From contig OZ251997.1 of the NCBI GenBank assembly GCA_965247095.1, forward strand, positions 2,528,001 to 2,592,000: a stretch of 64,000 nt of DNA, given 5' to 3'. The notes beneath the pieces are model-generated. The model worked only from the letters and a program-made list of their open reading frames with translations. It was not told where the DNA came from and did no database searches. The position numbers and the translations under genes were made by a program. This document shows positions 19,900 to 29,959 of the stretch, piece after piece; the stretch's first letter is position 1; the number at the start of each line of letters is the position of its first letter. Source of the stretch: Candidatus Multivorans sp. (GTDB lineage Bacteria > Acidobacteriota > Thermoanaerobaculia > Multivoradales > Multivoraceae).

Positions 19900-21320
19900 G
19901 CGTCGGCCGGCTGCGATGGTTCGTCCCGGCGACGACGCTCCTGCTCGCCTGGGGCGCTCTGGCGTTCGGGGCGGAGTACCCGTGGGCGTACGTGCCGCTT
20001 CTCGTCTGCTGCACGACGGTGGGGCTTGTCGTGCTTGTCGCCGTCCCCGGCCGGCGCGAAGCGAGGACGGTCTTCGCGGCTCTCGCCCTGGTGTTCTGCG
20101 CGGGAACGCTGCAGGTCGTGCCGCTGCCGGAACGCGTGCTGACCTTCATCAGCCCGGCGCGCTTCGAGCACGACTTCGAGGCCCTCCACGCGGCCGCGAC
20201 GATGGCGGCGCTTCGCGCGGATCCGTCGGCCGGCCTCCAGCTCCACACCATCTCCATCGCGCCGTCCCGGACCCTGCTCGCGTTGGCCTTCCTGGCCGCG
20301 CTCTCGATCTTCTTCCTGGCTTGCGTGCGCGCGCTGTCGGTTGTCCGCGCGTCGGTGCTGGCCCGACGCCTCGTCGTCCTGGGGCTCGTCGTCGCCGTCG
20401 TGGCCATTGCGCAGGAAGCGAGCGGCAGCCTGCGCGCCTACGGCGTGTGGTTTCCGCGCAAGGCGTGGGAGCCAGCCGCTCCGTTCATTAACGAGAACCA
20501 CCTCGCCGGCTGGTTGGTGATGACGTTCTCGCTGTCGGCTGGCTACCTCTGCGGGGGTCTGGCGCGCGGCCTGCGAAGCCGGCCGCGAGGCTGGCGCGAC
20601 AGCGTGGTCCGGCTCGCGTCGCGCCATGTGAACGAACTCGTGCTGGTCGGGTTCGCGGCCCTGGTGATGCTGGTCGCCGTTTTCCTCACGGGCTCCGTCT
20701 CGGGCATGGTCTGCCTGATCGCGGCATCTTGGGCCCTGGCCGCTCTGGCGCTGCGACGGCATCAGGCAGCGGGCCGGGCAACGCGCCGGTTCGTGTGGAT
20801 TCCGCTCGTTCTCGCCCTGGCGCCCGTCGCCGCCGCCCTGTGGGCCGGTCTGGACATGGTGAGGACGGAGGCCGCGGAGACCCTGGCGACCGCGCTCGAC
20901 GTCGAGGGTCGGGTCGGCCTCTGGCAGGACACCCTTCGGATGGTCGGAGACTTTCCGCTCGTCGGCACGGGGCTCAACTCCTACGGCGTGGCCATGCTGG
21001 TCTACCAGACCCACGAGGTGCGGATGCACGCCGTCGAGGCGCACAACGAGTATCTGCAACTCGCGGCCGAAGGCGGCGTACTGCTCGGCCTGCCGACCGC
21101 GTTCGCGGTCGTGGCCTTCGTCCGGGCCGTGCGCCGTCGTTTCCGGGACAACGTGGACGATTCCCGGACCTGGTGGTTTCGAGCCGGCGCCGTGACGGGG
21201 CTCTGCGGGCTGGCTCTGCAATCCCTGGTCGACTTCAGTCTCCAGATGCCGGGCAACGCCGTGCTGTTCGTGCTGCTGATGGCGATCGCAGTCCATCGGC
21301 CGCGCTGGCGGCGCCGCTAG
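19896..21320 (+). CDS. O-antigen ligase (Wzy_C) family membrane protein
   Basis: PFINENHLAG, R..LWQDT...DFPLVGTG, AHNEYLQLAAEGG, VDFSLQMPGN. Confidence 0.88.
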   Translation: MSVGRLRWFVPATTLLLAWGALAFGAEYPWAYVPLLVCCTTVGLVVLVAVPGRREARTVFAALALVFCAGTLQVVPLPERVLTFISPARFEHDFEALHAAATMAALRADPSAGLQLHTISIAPSRTLLALAFLAALSIFFLACVRALSVVRASVLARRLVVLGLVVAVVAIAQEASGSLRAYGVWFPRKAWEPAAPFINENHLAGWLVMTFSLSAGYLCGGLARGLRSRPRGWRDSVVRLASRHVNELVLVGFAALVMLVAVFLTGSVSGMVCLIAASWALAALALRRHQAAGRATRRFVWIPLVLALAPVAAALWAGLDMVRTEAAETLATALDVEGRVGLWQDTLRMVGDFPLVGTGLNSYGVAMLVYQTHEVRMHAVEAHNEYLQLAAEGGVLLGLPTAFAVVAFVRAVRRRFRDNVDDSRTWWFRAGAVTGLCGLALQSLVDFSLQMPGNAVLFVLLMAIAVHRPRWRRR

Positions 21321-21434
21321 CAGTCTGTCGGATTGCCCGCGCCGCAGGAACCGGGCGAGCCGGCGTCCCCGCCGGCTTCTGACAAGGACGCGCCGCGAAG
21401 CGGCGACCATCTTGCAGCGCTAGCATCGACGGCC

Positions 21435-22094
21435 ATGGCGCCACGCATCGCATTCGATCTGGACGGCGTTCTCGCGGACTTCTCCGCCGCCTATGGCCGG
21501 ATCGCGGATCGCCTGTTCCCCGAATCGCTTCAAGCGGAGAACGAGGAGGCGGCGCCAGCCCCCGAGCTGTCGTCGCGCCGCCGAAATCGTGTCTGGAAGA
21601 CAATCCGCTCGACGCCGGACTTCTGGCTGACCCTCGACCCGATCGATCCTGCCGTCGTTCCGCTACTCAATGAGCGCGCGGTCAATGGGCGGTGGGAGCT
21701 GTTCTTCGTCACGCAGCGTCCGGCCACCGCCGGCGATACCGTGCAGCGGCAGACGCAGCTCTGGCTCGCGGAGCACGGATTCGCGCTGCCGAGCGTCATC
21801 GTGCACGAAGGTTCCCGGGGCGCTCTGGCCGCCGCCCTGGAGCTGGACGCCCTGGTCGACGACACCGTGGAGCACTGCGTCGACGTCATCAGCCAATCGT
21901 CCGCAAGGACGATTCTGGTGGCGCCGGAAACGGACGAGGCGACCGAGGCGAACGCCAGGCGGCTGGGCATCGAGCTGTGCGGCGGTCCAGCCGCCAGCGT
22001 CGACCTCCTGGACGCGGCGATGGAGCGGCAGGCCACCGGGTTCTTTCGCCGGGCACGCCGTGCCGCGGCCGGTTGGCGCCAGCGGCGGCGTTAG
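21435..22094 (+). CDS. HAD-superfamily (NT5C-like) hydrolase
   Basis: IAFDLDGVLADF, FVTQR, LVDD. Confidence 0.7.
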   Translation: MAPRIAFDLDGVLADFSAAYGRIADRLFPESLQAENEEAAPAPELSSRRRNRVWKTIRSTPDFWLTLDPIDPAVVPLLNERAVNGRWELFFVTQRPATAGDTVQRQTQLWLAEHGFALPSVIVHEGSRGALAAALELDALVDDTVEHCVDVISQSSARTILVAPETDEATEANARRLGIELCGGPAASVDLLDAAMERQATGFFRRARRAAAGWRQRRR

Positions 22095-22136
22095 CGCCGC
22101 GACGCGGTCCGCTCCGGGTTGCCTGGCCTTGCCCGG

Positions 22137-23483
22137 TCAGATGCGGAAGACGTGGCCGGCCTTCACGCCGGCGAGCGCGTTGCGCGTGTCCAGGACGAGC
22201 GGCGCGCGCTCGACGATCCCGTCGTAGTCGACGTCCTCGTGGTGGGTCGTGATCACGAGGCAGTCGACGCCGGCGTCCAGCGCTTCGTCGAGAGGCACGT
22301 GCGGCAGAGGAACTCCGTCCGTCTCGACTTCCGGCACGAACGGGTCGCTGTAGGTGACGGCAGCGCCCTGGTCCGTGAGCAGTTGGGCGACTGCCAGCGC
22401 CGGCGAGTTCCGGACGTCGCTCACGCCCGGCTTGTAGGCAACGCCGGAGAGGTGGATTCGGGCACCGTCGGTGACTCTCGAACGCGTGTCGAGCACCTCC
22501 GCGACCCGCCGCGCGACGTAGCCTGGCATGTTGGCGTTGATGTCGGCGGCCAACTCGATGAAGCGGCTCTCGAAGCCGCTCTGGCGGGCGCCCCAGGCCA
22601 GATAGTGCGGGTCGACGGGTATGCAGTGGCCGCCGAGCCCGGGTCCGGGCTGGAAGGACATGAAACCGAAGGGCTTCGTCGCGGCCGCCTCCACGACTTC
22701 CCAAACGTCGACGTCGAGGCTCCGGCAGATCAGGGCGAACTCGTTCGCGAGGCCGATGTTGACCGAGCGGAACGTGTTCTCGAGCAGCTTGACCGTCTCG
22801 GCGACGCGCGTCGACGACACGGGTACCACGACTTCGACGATCTGTTCGTAGAGGGTCGTCGCCAAGCGCGTCGACTCGGAATCCAGACCGCCGACGATGC
22901 GCGGAATGGAGCTGGTCGCCCAGTCCCGGTTGCCCGGGTCGAGCCGCTCTGGGGAGAAGGCGAGGAAGAAATCGCGGCCGGCACGCAGTCCGCCGGCCTC
23001 GAGCCGAGGCCTCACGAACTTCTCGACGGTACCGGGCCAGGTCGTCGACTCGAGGACGACCAGTTGGCCGGGGCGAAGGCATCGCGCCACTTCCTTCACG
23101 GCGGCGGCCACGTGCGACAGGTCCGGGTCCCGGGTCTTGTCCAGCGGCGTGGGAACGCAGATGCTGATCGTGTCGATGTCGGCGAGCACGCTGAAGTCGG
23201 TGGTCGCGCTGAGCTGGCCGTCGGCGATCAGGGCCCGGACCGCCGCGTCGGGGATGTCGGCGACGTGCGACTCGCCGCTGCCCAGGCGTTCGACCTTGTC
23301 CCGGTCGATGTCGATGCCCACCGCTTCGAACCCGGCCTCGGCCAGCGACACGAGCAGCGGCAGGCCGACGTATCCGAGGCCGATGACTCCGGCACGGGTC
23401 CGGCGGGCGCCGATCGCCGCTTGCAGTTCCTCCACCGACGGCGGCCGCGCACGCGGACGTTCGGCGTACCTGGATATGGACAT
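22137..23483 (-). CDS. UDP-N-acetylglucosamine/nucleotide-sugar 6-dehydrogenase (WbpA-like)
   Basis: GLGYVGLPL, ICVPTP, FSPER, KLLENTFR, GGHCIPVDP. Confidence 0.93.
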   Translation of the reverse strand: MSISRYAERPRARPPSVEELQAAIGARRTRAGVIGLGYVGLPLLVSLAEAGFEAVGIDIDRDKVERLGSGESHVADIPDAAVRALIADGQLSATTDFSVLADIDTISICVPTPLDKTRDPDLSHVAAAVKEVARCLRPGQLVVLESTTWPGTVEKFVRPRLEAGGLRAGRDFFLAFSPERLDPGNRDWATSSIPRIVGGLDSESTRLATTLYEQIVEVVVPVSSTRVAETVKLLENTFRSVNIGLANEFALICRSLDVDVWEVVEAAATKPFGFMSFQPGPGLGGHCIPVDPHYLAWGARQSGFESRFIELAADINANMPGYVARRVAEVLDTRSRVTDGARIHLSGVAYKPGVSDVRNSPALAVAQLLTDQGAAVTYSDPFVPEVETDGVPLPHVPLDEALDAGVDCLVITTHHEDVDYDGIVERAPLVLDTRNALAGVKAGHVFRI

Positions 23484-23697
23484 TCTTCGATCTCCTGATC
23501 CCGTGTAGTGGTTCAGGCAGATGTGAGACGTAAGGGTTTGCAATGAGATAGGGAAATCTCAAAGCTACGGTACAGTACAGGAACTCGACACAAATCGTCC
23601 CTGCCTTGGCTCGTCCACGCACGCACCCGCGCCGTGTGCGACAATGGGCCTCCACAATCGGCAGGTCGCCGCCGGCGCGGAGAGAACAGGATCAACC

Positions 23698-24885
23698 ATG
23701 TGCGGCATCGCCGGGCACTTCGCGTGGCGCTCCGACGCACCTCCGGTCGACCGCGAGGCCCTGGCCCGGACGTGCGATGGGATGGCGACCCGAGGACCCG
23801 ACGGCGAGGGCCTCTGGCTGGATGCGCCGCGGCGGGTCGGCCTGGCACACCGGCGGCTGGCGATCATCGATCCCTCCGCGGACGGGGCGCAGCCGATGGC
23901 CTTCGACGGGGGCCGGCTTGTCATCTCCTTCAACGGCGAGATCTACAACTTCCAGAGCCTGCGCCGGTCGCTTGCGGCGGCGGGGCGCCGCTTCCGCACC
24001 GCCTCCGATACCGAGGTACTGCTGCATCTCTACGATCGCGAAGGACCCGCGATGGTTGGCAAGTTGCGGGGCATGTTCGCGTTGGCGATATGGGATGAGG
24101 CGCGCCGGGGGCTCTTCCTGGCCCGCGACGGCTTCGGCATCAAGCCCCTGTACTACGCGGACACCGGCGGCGTGCTGCGGTTTGCGTCGCAGGTCAAGGC
24201 CCTTTTCGCTGGCGGCGGCATCGACACGGCGTCTTCCGCCCCCGGCCGGGCAGGCTTCTTCGTCTGGGGTTGCGTTCCGGAGCCGTGGACGTTCTTCGAG
24301 CACATCCGGTGCCTGCCCGCCGGCTGCTCGCTCTGGATCGACGGCGCCGGCGCCCGTGCGCCGGCGCCACACTTCGACATCGTTGCGGAGCTCGAACGCG
24401 CCGAGGAGGCGCCGGCCCCGGCCGATCCCGATGCGCTGCTCGCCGCGGTCCGGGACACGGTGCGGCAGCACTTGGTCGCGGACGTTCCGGTCGGCGTGTT
24501 CCTGTCCGCCGGCCGGGATTCGGCGACGGTCGCCGCTCACGCCGCGAACGTCGCGCCGGACCCGGTGCGCGCCGTCACCCTCGCCTTCGACGAGTTCGCC
24601 GGCGGCCGGAACGACGAGGCGCCGCTTGCCCGCGAGGTGGCGGCCCGGTATCGGCTGCCGCACCAGGTCAGGCGCGTCGCCGAGCGGGACTTTCGCGACG
24701 CCCGCGACGACCTGCGGCGGGCCGGGGCCCTGGTGGACACGTTCTTCTTCCGGCGGATCGCGCCTCTGCTCGTCGGGAAGCGCCCGGCGGGCAAGCGCGA
24801 GTTGCCGGCGACGCCGGCCGGGCCCGCGCCGGCCCGCGCGATGCGGGCCTGGGCGCGCCACGTCGCCGGCGAGTGCTACGCATGA
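23698..24885 (+). pseudogene. asnB: Asparagine synthase-like amidotransferase (glutamine-hydrolysing), internally deleted
   Basis: MCGIAG, RGPD, HRRLAIID, FNGEIYN, RDGFGIKPLYY, FLSAGRDS; lacks the SGxGGDE and RVP region; about 395 aa. Confidence 0.75.
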
Positions 24886-26108
24886 CGGCCGCCCGGGCCT
24901 CAGGCGGGCCGGAAGCCCCGCGCACGGACAGCGGAGGGGACCTGGCCGGCGGCGTCGCTGCGCCGGTGCGGCAGGCGGCGCCCGACCTGCGCGACGTCCT
25001 CTATCTCTTTCCCCTGCTCTTCGGCGCGCCCGGCGGCATTCAGACCGTCTGCCGGGACATCCTGCGAGCGATGGTGCAGGGCTGGCCGTCCGCACGCCAT
25101 CGGGTGCTGCTGTACCACGACCGGGAGGTTCCCGCCTGGGCCGACGAAGCGTACGGCGATGCCCGCCTCCTGCCGTGCGGAACGGCGCGCGGCGCGAGCC
25201 GCCTCCGTTACGCCCATGCCTTCGCCCGGGCCCTGATGCGGCGACGCCCCGGCCTGGTCGTGGCCGGCCATGCCGGTCTGGCGCCGCTCGCCGGCCTGTC
25301 GAAGCGCCTGCTCGGCGTGCCCTACGTCGTCTGGCTCTACGGCATCGAGATCCGCCGGCTCCGCGGGCGCTCCCGATTGGCCGCCCTGCGGCAGGCGGAT
25401 CGCCTGGTGACGGTCAGCCGGCACACCCGGCGCGAACTGGACGCCGTCGCGCCGGCGGCGAGTTTGCGGTCCGTAATCTTGCCGAACGCCGTCCATGATC
25501 GTTTCCGCCCCGGCGGCGGCGCCGCGGTGCGCCGGCGGCTCGGCCTCGACCAGGAGCCGGTGCTGCTGACGGTCGCCCGTTACGACGCCGCCCAGGGCCA
25601 CAAGGGGTACGACCTCGTCGTGCGCGCGCTGCCCGCCATCCTCGTCCGGTGCCCGGACACGCGCTACGTGCTCGTGGGCCAGGGCGACGACTTGCCGCGC
25701 GTGCGGGCCCTGGCCCGCGGTCTCGGCGTGGACCACGCCGTGGTCTGCGCCGGCGCGGTGCCCGACGAGGAGTTGCCGGCCTGGTACGACGCCTGCGACC
25801 TCTTCGTCATGCCGAGCCGGGGCGAGGGCTTCGGCCTCGTGTACATCGAGGCGCTGGCGTGCGGCAAGCCGGTCATCGCGGGCGACCGGGACGGTGGAAG
25901 GGACGCGCTGCTGGACGGACGCCTCGGGATGATGGTCGACCCGGACGACGCCGACCGGCTGGCCGAGGCCGTCCTGGAGTTCCTCACCGGTCGGGCCCCC
26001 GCCGAGCTGACCGATCCGGTGCGACTGCGCCGGGAGTGCCTGCGGCATTTCGGCTTCGCCGCCTTCGAGGAGCGGATCCGGGACCTCGTCGCCGGGCTGG
26101 AGGCGTGA
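24882..26108 (+). CDS. GT4 glycosyltransferase
   Basis: KGYD, DLFVMPSRGEGFGLVYIEALACG. Confidence 0.9.
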   Translation: MTAARASGGPEAPRTDSGGDLAGGVAAPVRQAAPDLRDVLYLFPLLFGAPGGIQTVCRDILRAMVQGWPSARHRVLLYHDREVPAWADEAYGDARLLPCGTARGASRLRYAHAFARALMRRRPGLVVAGHAGLAPLAGLSKRLLGVPYVVWLYGIEIRRLRGRSRLAALRQADRLVTVSRHTRRELDAVAPAASLRSVILPNAVHDRFRPGGGAAVRRRLGLDQEPVLLTVARYDAAQGHKGYDLVVRALPAILVRCPDTRYVLVGQGDDLPRVRALARGLGVDHAVVCAGAVPDEELPAWYDACDLFVMPSRGEGFGLVYIEALACGKPVIAGDRDGGRDALLDGRLGMMVDPDDADRLAEAVLEFLTGRAPAELTDPVRLRRECLRHFGFAAFEERIRDLVAGLEA

Positions 26109-26109
26109 C

Positions 26110-26982
26110 GTGCGCCCGCGGGACTGGCTGTTCGACCGGTTGATCGGCCGCCTCGGCGATCTCGTGGGCCGGGCCAACCTGGTGCGGACGGGCGCCTGGC
26201 TCAGCCGGGCCGGCCGACTCGACGCGCCGGACGCGCTGGACCGCAACGGCGAACGCCTGGTTCAGCGGACCGTGGCGCGCCATGCCGGCGAGCTGGCGAC
26301 CGTCGTCGACTGCGGCGCCCACACCGGCGAATGGTCCGCCGCTCTGCTCACGGCGTTCCGGCGGCATGGGACCGCCGGGGCGCTCCGTCTGCACTGCTTC
26401 GAGCCGTCGGCGCCGACGTTCGAAGCGCTGAGCGGGAACCTGGCGCCGCGCGCCGGCGACCGGGCGTCGATCCATCTCGTTCGCCAGGCACTTTCCGCGC
26501 GGAGCGGCGAGGCGAAGCTGCACGTCGTCCACGAGGCGGCCGGGACCAACTCGCTGGCGCCGGACGCCGCCGGCAGCGCCGCCGGCATCGCCGCCACGGA
26601 GGACGTCGAAACGACGACGCTGGCGGCTTACGCGCGGGAGCGCGGCATCGCCAGGATCGACCTGCTGAAGATCGACGTCGAGGGACACGACGTCGACGTG
26701 CTCCAGGGCGCTGCCGAACTCATCGAGGCGGGCGCCATCGACGTGATTCAGTTCGAATACAACCAGCGCTGGATCTCCGCTGGACGCCTCTTGCGGGATG
26801 CCTTCCGATTGCTGGCGGCGGCCGGCTACGCGATCGGAAAGGTGACGCCCCGGGGCATCCAGTGGCAGCCGGAGTACGACTGGCGGATCGAATCGTTCGT
26901 CCAGGGCAACTGGGTCGCCTGTCTGCTCCATCGAGTCGAGCAGTTCCCCCGCGCGCCCGACTGGCTCAGCGGCGCGGAGTGA
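26110..26982 (+). CDS. FkbM-family methyltransferase
   Basis: VDCGAHTGEW, FEP, LLKIDVEGHD, IQFEY. Confidence 0.9.
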   Translation: MRPRDWLFDRLIGRLGDLVGRANLVRTGAWLSRAGRLDAPDALDRNGERLVQRTVARHAGELATVVDCGAHTGEWSAALLTAFRRHGTAGALRLHCFEPSAPTFEALSGNLAPRAGDRASIHLVRQALSARSGEAKLHVVHEAAGTNSLAPDAAGSAAGIAATEDVETTTLAAYARERGIARIDLLKIDVEGHDVDVLQGAAELIEAGAIDVIQFEYNQRWISAGRLLRDAFRLLAAAGYAIGKVTPRGIQWQPEYDWRIESFVQGNWVACLLHRVEQFPRAPDWLSGAE

Positions 26983-26990
26983 GGAACCCG

Positions 26991-28286
26991 ATGCGGGTTC
27001 TCTTGAGGCGTGCCGGCCTGTCCGCCGCCAGCCTGCGCCGCTACGGCCGGGATCTGGGGGTCGTGGTCGCCGGCCGCGGCCTGACCGCGCTGGGTGCCCT
27101 CATCGGCGTGCGGATCCTGACCGAGGCCGTCCCGCCCGCCGCCTTCGGCCGCTACAAGCTGGCGCTCGCCGCGCTCTCGCTGTTGGCCGCGGTGCTGGTG
27201 CGACCGTTCATCCAGTACGCGATGCGCGCGTACCATGCCGCCGCGGCGGCCGGCGCCGCGGAGGCGTTTCTTGCGAGTTCGCGCCGCTGGCTCAGGCGGT
27301 ACGTCGGCGTGCTGAGCGTGGCGGCGGCGGCGGCCGGCTACCTGCTGGCCATCGGCGGGCAGCGGCTGTCGTTGGCCGAGCTGGCTGGCGTGGTCGCGAT
27401 CCTGGCGCTGCAGGCGTTGGTCGACTACGACCGGTCGCTCTCCGTCACCCGCGCCCGGCAGCGCGATGCGGAGGCAATCAGCGTTGCGATGCGCTGGTCG
27501 ATTCCGTTCGCTGTCGCGGCGCTCGTTCGCTTCGACCGGTCGCTATGGACGATCCTGCTCGCCCATGCCGGCGCCTTGGCCGTGATCGTCGCGGTCCGGC
27601 GGCTGCGCACTACGCCGGCGCGTGGCGAGACCGCGCCGGCGGGCGCCCACGCCGGTGCCGTGTCGACGGCGCGGGCCTGGCCGTTCGCGTGGCCGCTCAT
27701 GGTCGCCGGCTGCCTGGGATGGCTGCTGCACGAGAGCGATCGCTTCATCCTGAGCCACTACCACGGCGATCTGCAGGTCGGTCTCTACTCGGCCGCGTAC
27801 GCTCTCGTGTCGGCGCCGTTCACCATCATCGCCGGGATCGCCGCGCAGGTCATGTACCCGGCAGTGATGGCGGCCGGCGTCCGCCGCGAGGGTGCCTCGA
27901 CGCTGCCGGGGCCGATGCTGGCGGCAACGCTCCTCGTCGGCGCCGGCGGCGTGTCGGCGGTCTGGTTGTGGGGCGACCGGCTGGCCGCGTTGCTTCTGGC
28001 CGAGAGCTACCGCGACGGCGTCTCGAACCTGCTGCTCTGGATTGCCCTGGGGTACGCCTGCCTGGGCGTCTCGTATTCCTTCGACCTGGCGGCCCACGGG
28101 TCCGCGAAGACGAGGTACATGATGATCGCGTCCGGCGTCGCGGCGGCCGCGAACGTCGGGCTCAACCTGCTGCTCGTGCCCGCGGGCGGCGCCGAGGCCG
28201 CCGCCGTCGCCACCGCCGCGGCCCTGGTCCTGTACGCGGCGTCCATGGCGGCGCTTGTCGCCCGCGACGCCTGGCGTGGACGATGA
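26991..28286 (+). CDS. Polysaccharide flippase (Wzx-like)
   Basis: Multi-pass membrane protein; SDRFIL...VGLYSAAY, NVGLNLLLVP. Confidence 0.85.
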   Translation: MRVLLRRAGLSAASLRRYGRDLGVVVAGRGLTALGALIGVRILTEAVPPAAFGRYKLALAALSLLAAVLVRPFIQYAMRAYHAAAAAGAAEAFLASSRRWLRRYVGVLSVAAAAAGYLLAIGGQRLSLAELAGVVAILALQALVDYDRSLSVTRARQRDAEAISVAMRWSIPFAVAALVRFDRSLWTILLAHAGALAVIVAVRRLRTTPARGETAPAGAHAGAVSTARAWPFAWPLMVAGCLGWLLHESDRFILSHYHGDLQVGLYSAAYALVSAPFTIIAGIAAQVMYPAVMAAGVRREGASTLPGPMLAATLLVGAGGVSAVWLWGDRLAALLLAESYRDGVSNLLLWIALGYACLGVSYSFDLAAHGSAKTRYMMIASGVAAAANVGLNLLLVPAGGAEAAAVATAAALVLYAASMAALVARDAWRGR

Positions 28287-28363
28287 CCAGGCTCTCTGGA
28301 AGATCGCGGAGTTGGCTCGCGGCCGGGCGCGGCGGCCCGAGTGGGTCCGCGTAGACTGACAAG

Positions 28364-29959
28364 GTGATTCGCAACCTCGGTGCCCGCCCGAGCGCGGACG
28401 GCTACCGGCCGGTGCCCGCCGCGGCACGGCACCGGCTCGTCATCCCGGCGCTTCAGCTCGCGCACGTGGCGTGGTTCGGCTCGATGCTGAACGCGGGCTA
28501 CGACGCCTTCGCGCTTGCCGCCAGCGGCGTGGCGTCGGCGGCGCTGTACGCATGGTTCGTCGTCGCGGAGTACCGGTGGAACGGCTACCGGCCCACGCCG
28601 ATCCTGTTCTACCTCGGCGCCTCCGCCCTCCGGCTCGGCGCCGGCGCGCTGTTCCTGGTCGTCGCGATGGCCACCGAGGAAGAACGCTTCTTCACGCTCG
28701 GCCGCCAGGACGTATCGGGGTACCTCATGCAGGGGCACTGGCTGGCGCTGCTGGGAGACTGGTGCGTCGTCGCGGGCTACTTCCTGGTCGCCTCCCGGTT
28801 CCGGCCTCGCCCGCCCGTGGCGGCCGTGATCGCGCCCGGCCTGTGGCCGCGCGTGTGGGCGGCGGGTCTCGCCACCTCCGCCGCGAGCGGCGCGCTGCGC
28901 CTGTCTGAGCCCTGGCTCCCGTTGAGCGGACTGGGCAGGCTGACTTCCTTCATGACGGACTACGGCGTGGCGGGCGGCGTCTGCCTCATGTTCGTGGCTG
29001 CCCTGAACCTGGGCCAGGGACGGCCTTCCTGGCCGCGGGCCGGCGTCGCGGTCGTCTTTCTGGCGCTGGACCTGGTGGACGGGTTGTACTCGTACATGAA
29101 GTCCGACATCCTGGTTGCCGCGCTGCCGCTGGTGCTGGTGGCGACCGACCGGCGCGCGCGAAGGTGGCTGTCGGCACGCTTCTCCCGCCGGCGGGCGGTC
29201 GCCACGGTTGTGCTGGTAGCCCTCTTCTTCCTGTTCGTCGTCGGGACCTATTCGCCGCCCCACCGGGACGCGCTGTGGCAGGCGGGCGTCGGCGACGCGC
29301 GGCCGCTTCGCTACGACGTGCCGGTGGCGTCGTTCCTGGTCGACGCGCTGCGCAGCGCCGTGCCCGGCACCGAGGGATTCGCCGAGACGCACCGCTTTCC
29401 GAACGGCGCCTGGAGACTGATCGGACGCATGGCCCTCACCCCCTACATCGCCTGGGTGTATCGTGATGTGGAGAGGGCGGGTACCCTTGAAGAGAACTTC
29501 CTCGAGGAGCTCCTGGTGGCCGTCACGCCGCGCGTCGTCTGGCCGAACAAGCCGGAGATTTCGTTCGGGCGGGAGTTCACGGTGATCCTCGGGGAGGCCG
29601 GCAGTACCGACAGCGTGAGCAGTTCGACGGCCGTCACCCTGCAGGGCGCCTACTACTGGTGGGGCGGATACCCGGCGGTGGTGCTGGGATGCGCGCTCAC
29701 CGGCGCCGGCTTCGCACTCGCGTGGCTGCTGTTCCGGGATCAGTGGCTGCTGAACCCGGTGGCCGCCGTGGCCTGCCTCGCGCTGTGCCACGAGGGGTTC
29801 CGCTGGTTCGAGAGCGCGCTGCTCGGCAGCTTCCCCCTGTACCTCTACCTGTTCATCGTCTTCGTGCCGCTGCAGTACGCGGCGCGGCGGGTCCTGGGCT
29901 ATCGCCCCGCGCCCGCGCCCGCGCCCGCGACCGCCAGACTGCGGATGAGGCGGGTCTGA
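28364..29959 (+). CDS. Multi-pass membrane protein, probable Wzy polymerase
   Basis: About 10 hydrophobic segments; PRVVWPNKP loop; polysaccharide-locus context. Confidence 0.65.
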   Translation: MIRNLGARPSADGYRPVPAAARHRLVIPALQLAHVAWFGSMLNAGYDAFALAASGVASAALYAWFVVAEYRWNGYRPTPILFYLGASALRLGAGALFLVVAMATEEERFFTLGRQDVSGYLMQGHWLALLGDWCVVAGYFLVASRFRPRPPVAAVIAPGLWPRVWAAGLATSAASGALRLSEPWLPLSGLGRLTSFMTDYGVAGGVCLMFVAALNLGQGRPSWPRAGVAVVFLALDLVDGLYSYMKSDILVAALPLVLVATDRRARRWLSARFSRRRAVATVVLVALFFLFVVGTYSPPHRDALWQAGVGDARPLRYDVPVASFLVDALRSAVPGTEGFAETHRFPNGAWRLIGRMALTPYIAWVYRDVERAGTLEENFLEELLVAVTPRVVWPNKPEISFGREFTVILGEAGSTDSVSSSTAVTLQGAYYWWGGYPAVVLGCALTGAGFALAWLLFRDQWLLNPVAAVACLALCHEGFRWFESALLGSFPLYLYLFIVFVPLQYAARRVLGYRPAPAPAPATARLRMRRV

